In this document: positions 1-11,090 of the stretch, one piece after another
How the letters are laid out: the number at the start of each line of letters is the position of its first letter
Position numbering within the stretch: position 1 is the stretch's first letter
NCBI RefSeq assembly: GCF_001194135.2
Contig: NC_068987.1
Location: 7,311,650 to 7,374,560, forward strand
Direction: 5' to 3'
Length of the DNA: 62,911 bases
Source: Octopus bimaculoides
Lineage: Eukaryota
Notes under the pieces: model-generated
What the model was told of the DNA's origin: nothing
Seen by the model: only the letters and a program-made list of their open reading frames with translations
Database searches by the model: none
Made by a program: the position numbers and the translations under genes

Positions 1-345
1 GGTGGTGGTGGTGGTGGTTCTGGTGGCTGTGGTGGTGGTAATCATATTGGTGGCGGCGGTGGGTGTGGCGGTGGTATTGAGGATGAGGCGGATGAGAATA
101 ATCATGATGGCGAGGGCAAAGACGACGGCTATGGCCACGACCAGTACCACGATGCTACTGCTGCTGCTGCTGCTGCCGCTGCTGCCGCTGTTTAGATGGA
201 TCTTCATCGCCATTTATCATCATCATCATCATCATCATCATAAACATGATCATGATGATCATGCCGAAGATGTACTGCCATGACTAAGACGATGATGATG
301 ATGATGATGACGACGACGATGATGTTGATGATGATAATTAAGATA
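1..345. repeat. Compound trinucleotide low-complexity tract (GGT/GCT/CAT/GAT)
   Basis: Runs of GGT, GCT, CAT and GAT units; accounts for the ORFs at 2-441. Confidence 0.95.
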
Positions 346-887
346 GCGGCAATGGCGGCTTTGATATAATGATGAAAAGGATGATATTGTATAAAAATAT
401 TCATGAAAAGTGGTTTCCAACACGGACAGAAGAGCTCTCATTGAAGGGCAAGAAATACATCAATTAAGTACTCGTTTGTTCTAACACACCTGAAGGATCA
501 AAGCTATACCTGAGCGGAATTCCTAAGTTGCAATTGAAACAATAAACCTCTTCCACAAAAGATGTTTATTGATGAAATCCAACGAGAATTTCTCATTGGA
601 TTTCATCCAACGAAAAGATAAGATTACAACAATCCAGATTTTGATCGCTTTGCCGTCAAAAATGTGTTGGATTAGCAGATAATTTTCATTTAGCTGAAAG
701 AAGTTGTTCTACTACGTCGTAAAGAGAGCCAACGCAAAGCCGCTTAGCGAAATCCTCACAGAACGGAGATTATAACTAGCTGGTCACAAATTTCGACTAC
801 CAGAAGAACGCCACTCGAAAACAGCTTCCAAATGGACACCAGCGGAGGGAGAAAGAAAGAGAGGGAGAACAAAATGTACATTATTTG

Positions 888-926
888 TACGAGGGTAAGC
901 CAAAAAGTAATGCCATTTTGTTTAGG
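888..926 (+). mobile_element. Solo mariner-like terminal inverted repeat remnant
   Basis: TA followed by CGAGGGTAAGCCAAAAAGTAATGCCATTTT, resembling TA|CGAGGG...AAAAGTAATG mariner ends; no partner end found. Confidence 0.45.
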
Positions 927-1035
927 ACAGGTTTCCCTCACAGTATCCGTCTACCAAAGTCACTCACAAGGCTTTAGAACGTAGGGGTATTGTTGCAAAA
1001 CGAGATTCTTACCCATACAGCCATGTCTTCGCCTT
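927..1035 (-). mobile_element. SINE family B, degenerate 5' fragment
   Basis: tccgtctaccaaagtcactcacaaggcttt matches the other B copies. Confidence 0.6.
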
Positions 1036-3073
1036 TTAAAAGAAAATATATTCCTTTCGTCCAAGACACTGTAGCTTAGCTCTTATCGAAATCTTAAATT
1101 ACGCATAACATGAAGCATTGCGTCCATTAGGGGAAGCATTTCTCTCGTAAGCATCTGAATTAAGCCTCTGTCAGAAGATTCAATATTTTGAGGTGTTGTT
1201 TCCGACTGTAGCAACCTCAGTGTCGCATTTCGTTTTCGGCTTTTCACCTACCTCCACATCACCACCACCACCACCAGTCTAGGAGGAGCATGAGAGGTTT
1301 TGGTACAGATCTCATGGCACCGCCTATTTCGCATCACTGAGTTGACGTTAACTTGTTTCCCATGAGACGTTTAATGTTTTCTCGTTTTAATGTTTGTCCC
1401 GTTCTTTCTCCTTCTGTCTGTCTGTCTGTCACTCTCACTCTCACTCTCGCTATCTCTCCCTCTCTTTCTTTCTCTTTCTATTTCACTATGTATGAGCATC
1501 TAGTTATGTTTGTATGTATATGTAGTGTCTCTCTCTCTCTCTCCCCCTTCTTTATATGTATGTGTATATTTCTACGCGTGCATGTCTGTGTGCTTGTGTT
1601 TGCCTCCAATACCAAATCGTATTGTCGCCAAAACAGGTTTACTGTTTATTCAACCGTGCCAAATTATCTTATTTTGGTCTGGGAGTCCTTGGAAAGCCAT
1701 GAGTAATGGTTTTCCTCCTCTTCGCTCAGCCGTACAGAAAAATGAACAACGATTGAACTTCTAGCACCGAGCTGGCTGTCAGAGAAAATCTGTGATCAAA
1801 GTACTTTTGAATTATACAAATACATTTCAATGTTGTAGGTCAAACCGAAATCGTTCAATATGTTTGTAGTGAATTTATTGTGGAAAGGGAAGAAAAACTT
1901 TCCTCACGAGCCAGTAAAGAAAATTGTGACCCAAAATTATTCGGTGGTCGAATTAATTTCAATTAATTCTTTTGATCGAACTATCTATAAATATGACCCT
2001 TTATTAACAGGTATACTTAACTACGCTCGGACAGGTAATTCATTGGAGGCAAACAGATCGACAGAGACATACAGTAGACAGGCAGCTCACACACCAACGA
2101 CTATGCAGACACAAAGCACGTTAAGTATTCACAATGCGAGCCATGTATTCACAAATGTGAGCAGTTCAAAATCAGTCAGCTCACGTACCTGACATTTACC
2201 GCAGCCGATACCTCACACCGATCGCGACAAAATAGCCGTTACAGCTATGTGACAATACTACAAAACACAACCAGGGATGCTATAAGTTTCAGCCCTATGC
2301 CCTGTTGTTAGCTGCTCTTACAATTTCATCCATTTCGATATCCGTTTCATCAACGGAACAGAAAAGTTTTCTATATCGATCGAGAACAACATTTCATGCT
2401 TTCATTGGAAACACACGTTGGCTAGATTGCAACATCACACATATATGTACTTGCGCGTATTGCCGCGTTCATGGAGACATATACATGCACTCACATGTGT
2501 GCAATCACATATACACACATTCATAACATTTTTTTCATGCTGAAATTGAACATTTTTTTTTTTTAATTTAACAATAATTTTATCTTGCTACCAATCACAC
2601 TTGTCATAGAAGTGAATACATTTTTCAGTTCTTTTGTTTATAATAGAATATATCAATTTATGCAATTTATTCTGCATTTTGTTCTATTTTGATAGAATAT
2701 ATCATTTGCAACACATTCATAATCTAAAAAGAGCAATAAAATTTATCTTGGACTATGATAAAAAAAAATGGGTGACTAAATATAGAATACTAATAATATT
2801 GATAAAGTGCAAAATGTAAATTGATCAATTACTTTTTATAGGAATCTGTGAGTGTTTTAAAAGTAAAAACAAAAATTACAGATGACAGACGAGATACCGA
2901 TGTTGTTCCGTGTCTCTTTTCCCGAAATGAAGTTATTGAAAATTACTGAAATCGCATTTATTTTATAGGGATATTCGAAGTGTATATGTTTTACAGTTCC
3001 ATTAACCATGGTGAGGCTCAACTGTTAAAACATTTTTGTTGTTTACGTTCGCATTAATATTAATATGTATCTT

Positions 3074-3270
3074 TAAGGTTGGGAACTGAGAAAATGGTGA
3101 GCACGTTGGGAAAAAACAATGTTTAACAACTTTTCGTCTGTTTCTACGTCGTGACTTTAAAATCCGTCAAGCTCAGCATCGGCTTTCATCGTCTCAAGTT
3201 TTGTTAAATGAATTTACAATGGTGTCCCAGCAAGACCGCACCATTAAAGCTGAAACAATTTAAAGAATTT
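3074..3270 (+). mobile_element. Degenerate SINE, A-type head with B-type tail
   Basis: A-like gagcacgttggg...ttttcgtctg...ggctttcatc, then B-like ggtgtcccagcaagaccgca...ctgaaacaatttaaagaat. Confidence 0.5.
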
Positions 3271-3400
3271 AAACAAAAGTCAAGTAATGGTATCAGAGTA
3301 ATCGACGTGTCCCTCGTTTAACATATGCTGACTCTGAACCAAAAAATTCTGAGAGGAATTGTTGGGCCTTAGCTCTCTTCAAGAAGAAACCTCTGCTCAT

Positions 3401-3685
3401 ATCGCAATGTTATTATCAGTCCGAATATACTTGATGCACGTTCGAACTGGGGAACAAGCTACTCACTGCGTTTTGTCAGTGTCGTCTACCTAGTGTCTGT
3501 GGCCGATGAGAAGATAACTACTCCGAAATTCTAGCATCTCAGAGTCTAAGTAGATGGCACTAGGTGTAAACACACCATTTGTCAACAAGCGAGATATATA
3601 TCCTCCGTGACAAAACGCAGTGAGTAGCTTGTTCTTCGGTTCGAACGTGCATCAAGAATATTCGAACTGGTAACAAAATTGCAAT
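3401..3685. mobile_element. MITE-like foldback element with ~78-bp inverted arms (3401-3478 and 3608-3685)
   Basis: Arm 1 atcgcaatgttattatcagtccgaatatacttgatgcacgttcgaactggggaacaagctactcactgcgttttgtca closely matches the reverse complement of 3608-3685. Confidence 0.75.
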
Positions 3686-3805
3686 TTCACTCATAACTGC
3701 TTAGCGCTCACGTTCCGTAATTTTGTTCATGCCATAAAGGAGGTGAGCTGGCAGAAACATGTCTGCGTGTCTGCGTGTGTGTATACGTGTGTGTAGTAGA
3801 GTTTT

Positions 3806-3995
3806 TTTTGTTTAGTTGGAGGGGGCCAGTCGATTAGATTGACCCCAGTACGCAACTAGTACTTAATATATCGACCCCGAAAGGATGAAAGGCAAAGTCG
3901 ACCTCGGCGGAATTTGAACTCAGAACGTAACGGCAGACGAAATGCCGCTAAGCATTTCGCCCGGCGTGCTAACGTTTCTGCCAGCTCGCTGCCTT
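3806..3995 (-). mobile_element. SINE family A (tRNA-derived), near full length, with probable 17-bp TSD
   Basis: Minus strand reads aaggcagcgagctggcagaaacgttagc... with B-box-like gagttcaaattcc; flanks gtgtgtagtagagtttt (3789-3805) and gtgagtggtagagtttt (3996-4012). Confidence 0.92.
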
Positions 3996-4140
3996 GTGAG
4001 TGGTAGAGTTTTGACAAAGATATTCTATGTCGCATGCAATATCAAGAACTAGTTTGTGTTTTTACCTCTCCGTCAGGTTTTATTGAACACACCTGAAATA
4101 AAAGGAATTACCATTGTGATTAATATGTAGTCTTCTTTTC

Positions 4141-4678
4141 TTCTTTACATTCTTTTATTCTTCCACATGTTTCAGTCATGTGGCTGCGGCCATCCTGGGG
4201 CACCGCCATGAAGAATCTGTTTACCTTTTTTTTTTTTTTTTTTTTTNNNNNNNNNNTTTTTTTTTTTTCTTTTTTTTTCTAAACCCTGATACTTATTCAA
4301 TCTGCTTATTTTGCCGAGCATCTATGTTACGGCAATCTAAACATAACAACACCAGTTATCAAGCAGTGATGCGGGGACAAACACACACACAAAAACACAC
4401 ACAGATACACAGATACAGACACAGAGATACAGACACACACACAGACACACATAAACACACACACGCACACACACACATATATATATACACGCACAACACA
4501 CACACACACGGACATATATATATATNNNNNNNNNNNNNNNNNNNNNNNNNNNNNNNNNNNNNNNNNNNNNNNNNNNNNNNNNNNNNNNNNNATATACAAC
4601 AGGCTTTCAGTTTTCGTCTGCCAAATCCACTCACAAGGCTTTGGTCGGCCCGGAGCTATAATAGAAGACATATGCCTA
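4141..4678 (-). mobile_element. SINE family B with expanded internal (CA)/(TA) tract and gaps
   Basis: tttcagtcat...gcggccatcctggggcaccgcc at one end; ccaaatccactcacaaggctttggtcggccc...ctataatagaagaca at the other. Confidence 0.88.
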
Positions 4679-4699
4679 ACTAGAAATAAATTGTGTTCT

Positions 4700-4790
4700 T
4701 CTAATTTTGCTAAGCTACGATTAGACTTAAGGGAAATTTGTCAATTTATTTCTAGTTGGTCGATTGACCACATTGATGCTCCCTTATAGG
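4700..4790. repeat. Dispersed repeat G (tatttctag...ggtcga motif)
   Basis: Motif recurs at ~8550-8650 (tatttctagcaggttgagc), ~14500-14535 and, inverted, at ~23175-23260 (tgctagaaatagcagc). Confidence 0.5.
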
Positions 4791-5180
4791 ATCAGGGTTT
4801 ATTTTATTGCCTGCGCCTAAGGTGTTCCCTGGTTGTGAATTAACAGGAGGTTGATTTAATAATAAACCCATTGTACGAATAAATCTACTGTGTTGTGAAG
4901 GTAGTCAAGGAAGAGTTGCTCTCCTGTGACGAATACAACAGCGATTAACATATTCATGTTTTAATCCACTGAAACGTATTAAGAATAAATTTGTAAGTCA
5001 TCGTTGATCTAATAGACGGAAGTGATGTTTAAAGTAGAAGGTTCGTGAATTCTATGTGTTGCATTACAAAGGAGACATGTATACAAAAATGTGTGTGTCC
5101 CGTCTGTATAATCGCTGAACCACGTACAATATATACATTAATAGTTTAATGGTTAAACAAAACATTTAGTAGACTCATTA

Positions 5181-5323
5181 CTCTTTCTTTTACTTATTTC
5201 AGTCATTCGACTGTGGCCATGCTGGGGCACCGCCTTTTTAGTCGAGCTAATCGACCCCAGGACTTATTCTTTGTAAGCCTAGTACTTATTCTATCGGTTT
5301 CTTTTGCCGAACCGCTAAGTTAC
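5181..5323 (-). mobile_element. SINE family B, 3' half
   Basis: gactgtggccatgctggggcaccgcc...gaccccaggacttattctttgtaagcctagtacttattctatcgg...gccgaaccgctaagttac. Confidence 0.92.
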
Positions 5324-5328
5324 ATGAC

Positions 5329-5468
5329 TAGTCGACTACATCGAAACCAGTGTTCAACTGGTACTTAATTTATCCACCGCTAAAGGATGAAAGGCAAAGT
5401 CGACCTCGGCGGAATTTCAAATTAGAACGTAGTGGGGCGTGCTAAGGATTCTGCCAGCTCGCCGCCTT
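5329..5468 (-). mobile_element. SINE family A with internal deletion, abutting (AAT)n
   Basis: aaaggatgaaaggcaaagtcgacctcggcggaattt...ctgccagctcgccgcctt. Confidence 0.9.
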
Positions 5469-5528
<60 letters not shown>

Positions 5529-5700
5529 TAATAACGCAACTGCTGCTAAGACTCGTGCTGTTGCTAATGTTATTGCCATCACTACAACCACTATTACCAT
5601 AAACACCACAACCACCACTACAACGTCCACCACCTCTAAGACCACCACCAACACCACTACTACTACCACCTTCCCCGTCGCAACCACCACAGCTTCCATT
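5469..5700. repeat. (AAT)n followed by degenerate (ACC/ACT)n
   Basis: Direct inspection. Confidence 0.9.
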
Positions 5701-6629
5701 AATACTATTAGCATTTCCTCAGATAATAGCCATATAAATAGGGATCGAAGTGAAACAACTGTAATAATTCTGACTCAATCACAATGAGAGTTATTATAGT
5801 GATGTCCATGTGCATTGTTCTGGTACATTTGACAACATCACTGCTGCCGATATTGCCGAGGTTGATGGCGGCTTTGTTAATTGTTGTAACAAATAAGAAG
5901 AATTGCGTTATTAATGATTATGGAAACGTATTTTAAAAGACGAAAATAATTAAAGTTAATGGAATATCAATAACAACACTAATAGCAAGAACAATGTCTT
6001 CGAACAACAGCAACAATAATAATAATAATACATTAAACGGAAATGTTTGCTTAATTAGAATCAACATGCTTCAATTATGAAAGCACTAGTACGTAGACAT
6101 CCCCCACGCTTCTCCTTACCTTCGTCTCGCAACCCCCCACTTTCTCTTACTGTTCGCTCATTATACGACATGCCAGCTCAATCTTTAAAAGCATTTTCTA
6201 TATCTGGAAAGGGCATATCACCAAGTATGGAAGCATTAACCTCAAAGAAAAATGGCAGTCTTTCAAATCTTGAGGCGAGAGCAATCGAAGTGAAAACAAA
6301 GGCTGGGAGGTGAACGGGCCAAATAAATAAAGAATCTGAATTAATTTAAGTTCCATAAATATCTGCTCAATTTCCTTTTGGATCTACTAAGTCTTGGCAT
6401 CACACAGAATTTCCTGTGATGGCTGGAATATTTACAACGAGACTGAATGGATCATTTTTATGTATTCTTTGGTTGTATTTTATTTTATTCGTTTGTTTGG
6501 TTATATTTTTTTGCTGCTGCAATTTATTTTGTCTTCACCGAATATAATTTTTCCTGCAAATAGTGAATAAAAATATATAGTTTGGGATTGGGTAGTTAGA
6601 AGAAACTATTGTAAGCCTAATTAAAGACG

Positions 6630-6644
6630 GGTGTACGTGTGTGT

Positions 6645-6682
<38 letters not shown>

Positions 6683-6869
6683 AGAAAGACAGAGGGAAGG
6701 AGAAGGAGAGACAGACAGAGACAGAAGTCACTCAGTCAGACAGACAGGCATGCATGCAGACAGACAGGCACGCAGACAGACAGGTGGATGGACTAGCAGA
6801 TAAATAGACAAACAGACAGACAGACAGACGGACAGATAGATAGAGAAATAGACAGACAGGCAGACAGAC

Positions 6870-6925
<56 letters not shown>

Positions 6926-7020
6926 CCATACATACATACATACATACATACATACATACATACACACATACATACATACACACATACATACATACATACA
7001 TACATACATACATACATACA
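6630..7020. repeat. Compound microsatellite (GT)n-(GACA)n-(GATA)n-(TACA)n
   Basis: Direct inspection. Confidence 0.95.
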
Positions 7021-7059
7021 TGGTGCTGGTTCTTACAAATCCGGGTTTTGGTGCAAGTT

Positions 7060-7500
7060 CTTTCTGTTAATAATGCTGTCTTGTGCTTCCTTAGGTAATA
7101 CTGTCGAGTGGACACGGCATTGTCATTGGAAATTCATGCGTACATAACATTCTTCATAGGCTCGACAACACAAGTCTGAATAGCTCCATTCAACGAAGAT
7201 TCATCTCCCACCACTTTGAAGAAGAATATTACGAGAGTCGCAAACAGGAATTTTGTAAGAGCCAAACCACACGATTTATTGGTCACAGCATGAATCTTTC
7301 AGATCGCAGTCTATATTCCATAACGATACTTGCAACTATTTGTGAATTTAACTGAAGCGGCAAATCAGTTGAGAGTGGAATTAAAATTATATGGACTTCT
7401 GACAGAACCATCAGAGATAGTAGTTTCTAGAACATTTATAGCAGCTGCAGAATCTCACGGAGATTCAGTCATTTCTGTTGTTATTATCGAAGGATGAAAC
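7060..7500 (+). mobile_element. Fossil RTE-clade LINE, reverse transcriptase N-terminal region
   Basis: Frameshifted translations HGIVIGNSCVHNILHRL, EEYYESRKQEFCKSQTTRFI and LQLFVNLTEAANQLRVELKLYGLL fall in the same order as RTE motifs RGISLLSIxGKxxARxILxRL, PESQCGFRxGRST and FVDLTKAFD. Confidence 0.55.
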
Positions 7501-7885
7501 CATCACACAGGCTCTTGCAAACTTAATTAAAACTGACATCAACGTCAATACTATCAGGTTGAATGAAAATATATGCAGAAGTAAATTTACTTTGAATACA
7601 TAAACGTATCTGACGTTTAAAAGTAGAACTTGAAAAAAATAAATATCAAATATAAATCTTGTACAAAGCAAAACATTGTCTCCTGCTTATAAGAAAGTCA
7701 CGAAATGTTTAAAACAACGGCTGATTAACAGACAAGTATGAAGTATCGGCGAATAATATTGGAAAATAAATGCTAAATATATGAAAATAAGTGGACTTGT
7801 CTTAATTCCCTGGCGTTACGTTCTGAGTTTAAGTCACCGCCAAGCTGTACTTAGAGTTTCATAGTTAAAAACGATACATAAATTA

Positions 7886-7892
7886 AACACAC

Positions 7893-7972
<80 letters not shown>
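7886..7972. repeat. (CA)n(TA)n microsatellite
   Basis: Direct inspection. Confidence 0.95.
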
Positions 7973-7976
<4 letters not shown>

Positions 7977-8226
7977 TACAAAATGGAAGAAAAATGCAAT
8001 AGAGAACAATAAAACATCCGAACAGATAGATGATACAAAAACAGGCAGGTAAAACAACAAATAGAGAGATAGGAAAAAAAGGACGAGACATTTATGGCCT
8101 TCTTTCATCAGTGAAGTTTCCAGATTGTCCATACAGCTTCGGACAGATACATATGTATCCTTTTGCGTGTGTCCTCTGTACTTATGTTTGTGTGTCTGTG
8201 TATATATTTAACTTATGATATTTCAT

Positions 8227-8448
8227 AAAGCAGCGAACGGGCAGAATTGTCAGATCGTTGGGAAAATGCATTGTTGTATAACTTCCGACTCATTGCATTC
8301 TTAGTTCAAATTTCCCGAGGATTGACTTTGCCTTTCGTCTTTTCGGGTCAATAAAATAAGTACAATCATTTACTGGGGTCGACTTAATCGATACGTCCAC
8401 TACCATCATTAAAATTGATGACCTTGTACCAAAATTGGAAAGAATTAT
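8227..8448 (+). mobile_element. SINE family A, older diverged copy
   Basis: aaagcagcgaacgggcagaattg...agttcaaatttcccgagg.ttgactttgcctttc...ctggggtcga...ccttgtaccaaaattggaaag. Confidence 0.82.
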
Positions 8449-9640
8449 TACGTCTATTTCTTATATTGGAACAAGATGCTAAAATAGTTAAGTTATGACA
8501 GACGTATGATTAAATACGCTTCGGTAGTGACCATCCTTTCATTTTTGTATATTAGGATCACATTGTCTTATTCTTATTTGTCGATGATGATAGTTTGTTG
8601 TTTCAAAGAAAATTGATTACTATTTCTAGCAGGTTGAGCAATTACTTAGACAATTGCTTGTTGTTTTACAAGCAGTTACCACCATAGGTGTAATGAGAGC
8701 ATTTCCAAAGGGAACGGAAGAACGATCGCATATTATATACGATGAAAGCAGAACGGTGACTTTGTAAAATAAGCCTAAATCTAATCATAGTAAAGATAAT
8801 ATAATCTTCATGGTATATACGATTTCTCCTGGGATTATTTATCGCAGGACTCCGTTTATGATACGCTAACGTATTTTTAGATTAGATCTCAACACTTGCA
8901 TACTAAACTTATTTTCGATATTTACTGTCGGAGCGATTGCAAAAACAATAAAAGGGATGTTTCAAAGCAAATGGTACAATTGTAATCTACGTTGGTTTAT
9001 TTTTATAAGATCTTAAACCAACCATGAACAAGCCGGGATCAAATGATCTAATACTTGCTCATACGCACGCATGCACACGCATAATACCCATTCCTACACA
9101 CTCTCATAGACTTTTATTTTAATACATGAATAATTGCATATATATATATATATATATATATACATTCCCGAGTAACTACGATATATTGGCTATTCTGGTA
9201 TTTTTAATGACTAACAAGCACACGTGCTTGCATCTCGTTACACACGGATTGCTTTCCGTCATCACGCAATTTATATGATATATAAGTATTTTCTATAATG
9301 GGAAAATGTTAAAATTAGATATCAGATAGTGCAAACGCTATAAAACAACATAACGTTAAAGTTTGACCATTAATCGAGAATTTTTGGAAACAGGGTCTTG
9401 GAATAGACAAAAATATGTTGAATATCCAAAATGAATAAATCGGATACATTAATATGTTGAAAAGAAATTCACAGAGGCCTGTTTCTATGTGTTTCTCGAC
9501 CGACGAAAATTAATAAATGGAAAGGCACAAGACTCTTACATATTACTGGTAATCATTTTATCATCTAACTGTGAACGAAAGTCAAATAGATTTTGGTGCT
9601 ATTTGAAGATTTCGTAATCCATTTGGTGAGTCAATTATCG

Positions 9641-10030
9641 TCTGTCTTTCACTTATTTCAGGCATTGAACCGTGGCCATGTCGGAGCAATGCCATGAAGG
9701 ATTTAATCGACCAAACCGACTGCAGTCCATACATTTCTCAAGCCTAGTATTTATTTTACCAGTCACTTTGGCCGAATCTCTAACATACGTTACATAAGCA
9801 AATTAACGCTGATCGTTGAGTTATAGGACGTACACACTCACACGCACACATGCGTGCACACACAGATGTATATTCATGTGTGTGACGGACATTGTTTCCG
9901 CCAATCCAGTTCATTCACAAGGTTTTGGTCGGTCCAGGACTAGAGCAGAAGACACTTGCTCAAAGCGCTACACTGCGAGAACGAACCCGAAGCCACAAGG
10001 CTGAAATGCGAGCTTCTTAAAGCCACAACA
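9641..10030 (-). mobile_element. SINE family B, diverged, near full length
   Basis: tttcaggcattgaaccgtggccatg ... ttcacaaggttttggtcggtccaggactagagcagaagacacttgctcaaag. Confidence 0.82.
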
Positions 10031-10320
10031 ATACGATACAATTTTGAACTGTTAAGTGAAACATTCTTTCTACATACATTGTTAGTATCTCCCAATTCTG
10101 TTGTTTCTTCTTTGTTGTGTGCCAGTGTTAGGAATGAGATCTTTGCGAATTCCCCACATATATATCACAGCATATCTTCGAACAAAGTTTAAAATAATAC
10201 TAACATAATAAACAGAGGTATTCATAGCAGTTTATGTTTCCAGTTTAAGGTAGAATGTTATTGGATTCGGTTCCTAATCTTTCAAGTTATCAGTGAGTAA
10301 AGGTGCATTGCCTATTTGTT

Positions 10321-10490
10321 TAGGTGTGTTGCACACACTATCACAAAATTGTGCTTTCGACTTCCGGACCTGGTGGTGCGTTCTGATCTTGAGCAAAACA
10401 CTTCATTTCACATTGCTCCAGTCCACTTAGCTGTAATGAAATAACTCTGAGGCGGCTGAGACGGACTGTTGTCCTGTTCTGTGGGATTGT
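10321..10490 (+). mobile_element. SINE family D (tRNA-like head plus ccttgagcaaaacactt...ttgctccagtccact body)
   Basis: tttcgacttccggacc (B-box-like) followed by cttgagcaaaacacttcatttcacattgctccagtccacttagctg. Confidence 0.6.
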
Positions 10491-10785
10491 TGTAATGTGT
10501 GGTCTACAAGTAGACCACAACATTTTCATTCGCATAACGAGAATGTCGTACACTCGATCACTCATATGCGACGGAGATCTATGAATTCCCAGGAATCTAG
10601 TAATATCTAAGGGCTGGCTGTTGTTGATGATGATGATGTTGATGATGATGATGTTGATGATGATATATGTTTATACATATTATTTTACATTTTTTTCCAT
10701 ATAAAGGACTATATTATGAAAAGTATCCCTTCTAAATTTAAAACGAGTGGATGTGATTTAACGGGATGGGACTTATTTCCTGCAG

Positions 10786-10870
10786 GTGGATTGTCCACGA
10801 ATAACTTCTTTATTGAAACCCAAGACTATACGACATGCATTGGTATAACCTAAGAAGAAAATGTACGACA
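10786..10870 (+). other. Candidate exon, non-coding or carrying a start codon (ends AAAATGTACGACA)
   Basis: Acceptor cttatttcctgcag|G and donor ACA|GTAAGC; all three through-frames contain stops; no transcript evidence. Confidence 0.2.
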
Positions 10871-11090
10871 GTAAGCTGATCAGACGAGACACTCGTCTAC
10901 CATAAAGAGGTCTCTTACGCTTTCATTCACTCAGAGAAATGTTTAGTGTAGAAGATAGTGTGAAGCATGGGTTACTTCAGTTCTTTTACTTCACAGAAAG
11001 AGTTGAAGTACGAGAGAATCTCAGTATGGGTTAATATGTTACGTGTGTGACTGGTCGATAAAGGAAAGAGTGTCATAATTTCGGTTACAT

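Noticed and set aside
2-441. ORFs rich in V, L, H, D and I at the window start
   Set aside because: They are translations of trinucleotide repeats in several frames, with no domain or splice support.
5784-5936. Short ORF MRVIIVMSMCIVLVHLTTSLLP... resembling a signal peptide
   Set aside because: It lies in decayed trinucleotide, AT-rich sequence where hydrophobic translations are expected; there is no mature domain.
6077-6313. 78-aa ORF (MKALVRRHPP...KTKAGR) as a first coding exon
   Set aside because: No recognisable homology, a weak donor (GTGAAC), and another frame resembles an RTE linker.
9160-9200. cccgagtaactacg...ggcta as a Helitron 3' hairpin
   Set aside because: The hairpin and CTAG end are incomplete and no 5' end is identifiable.
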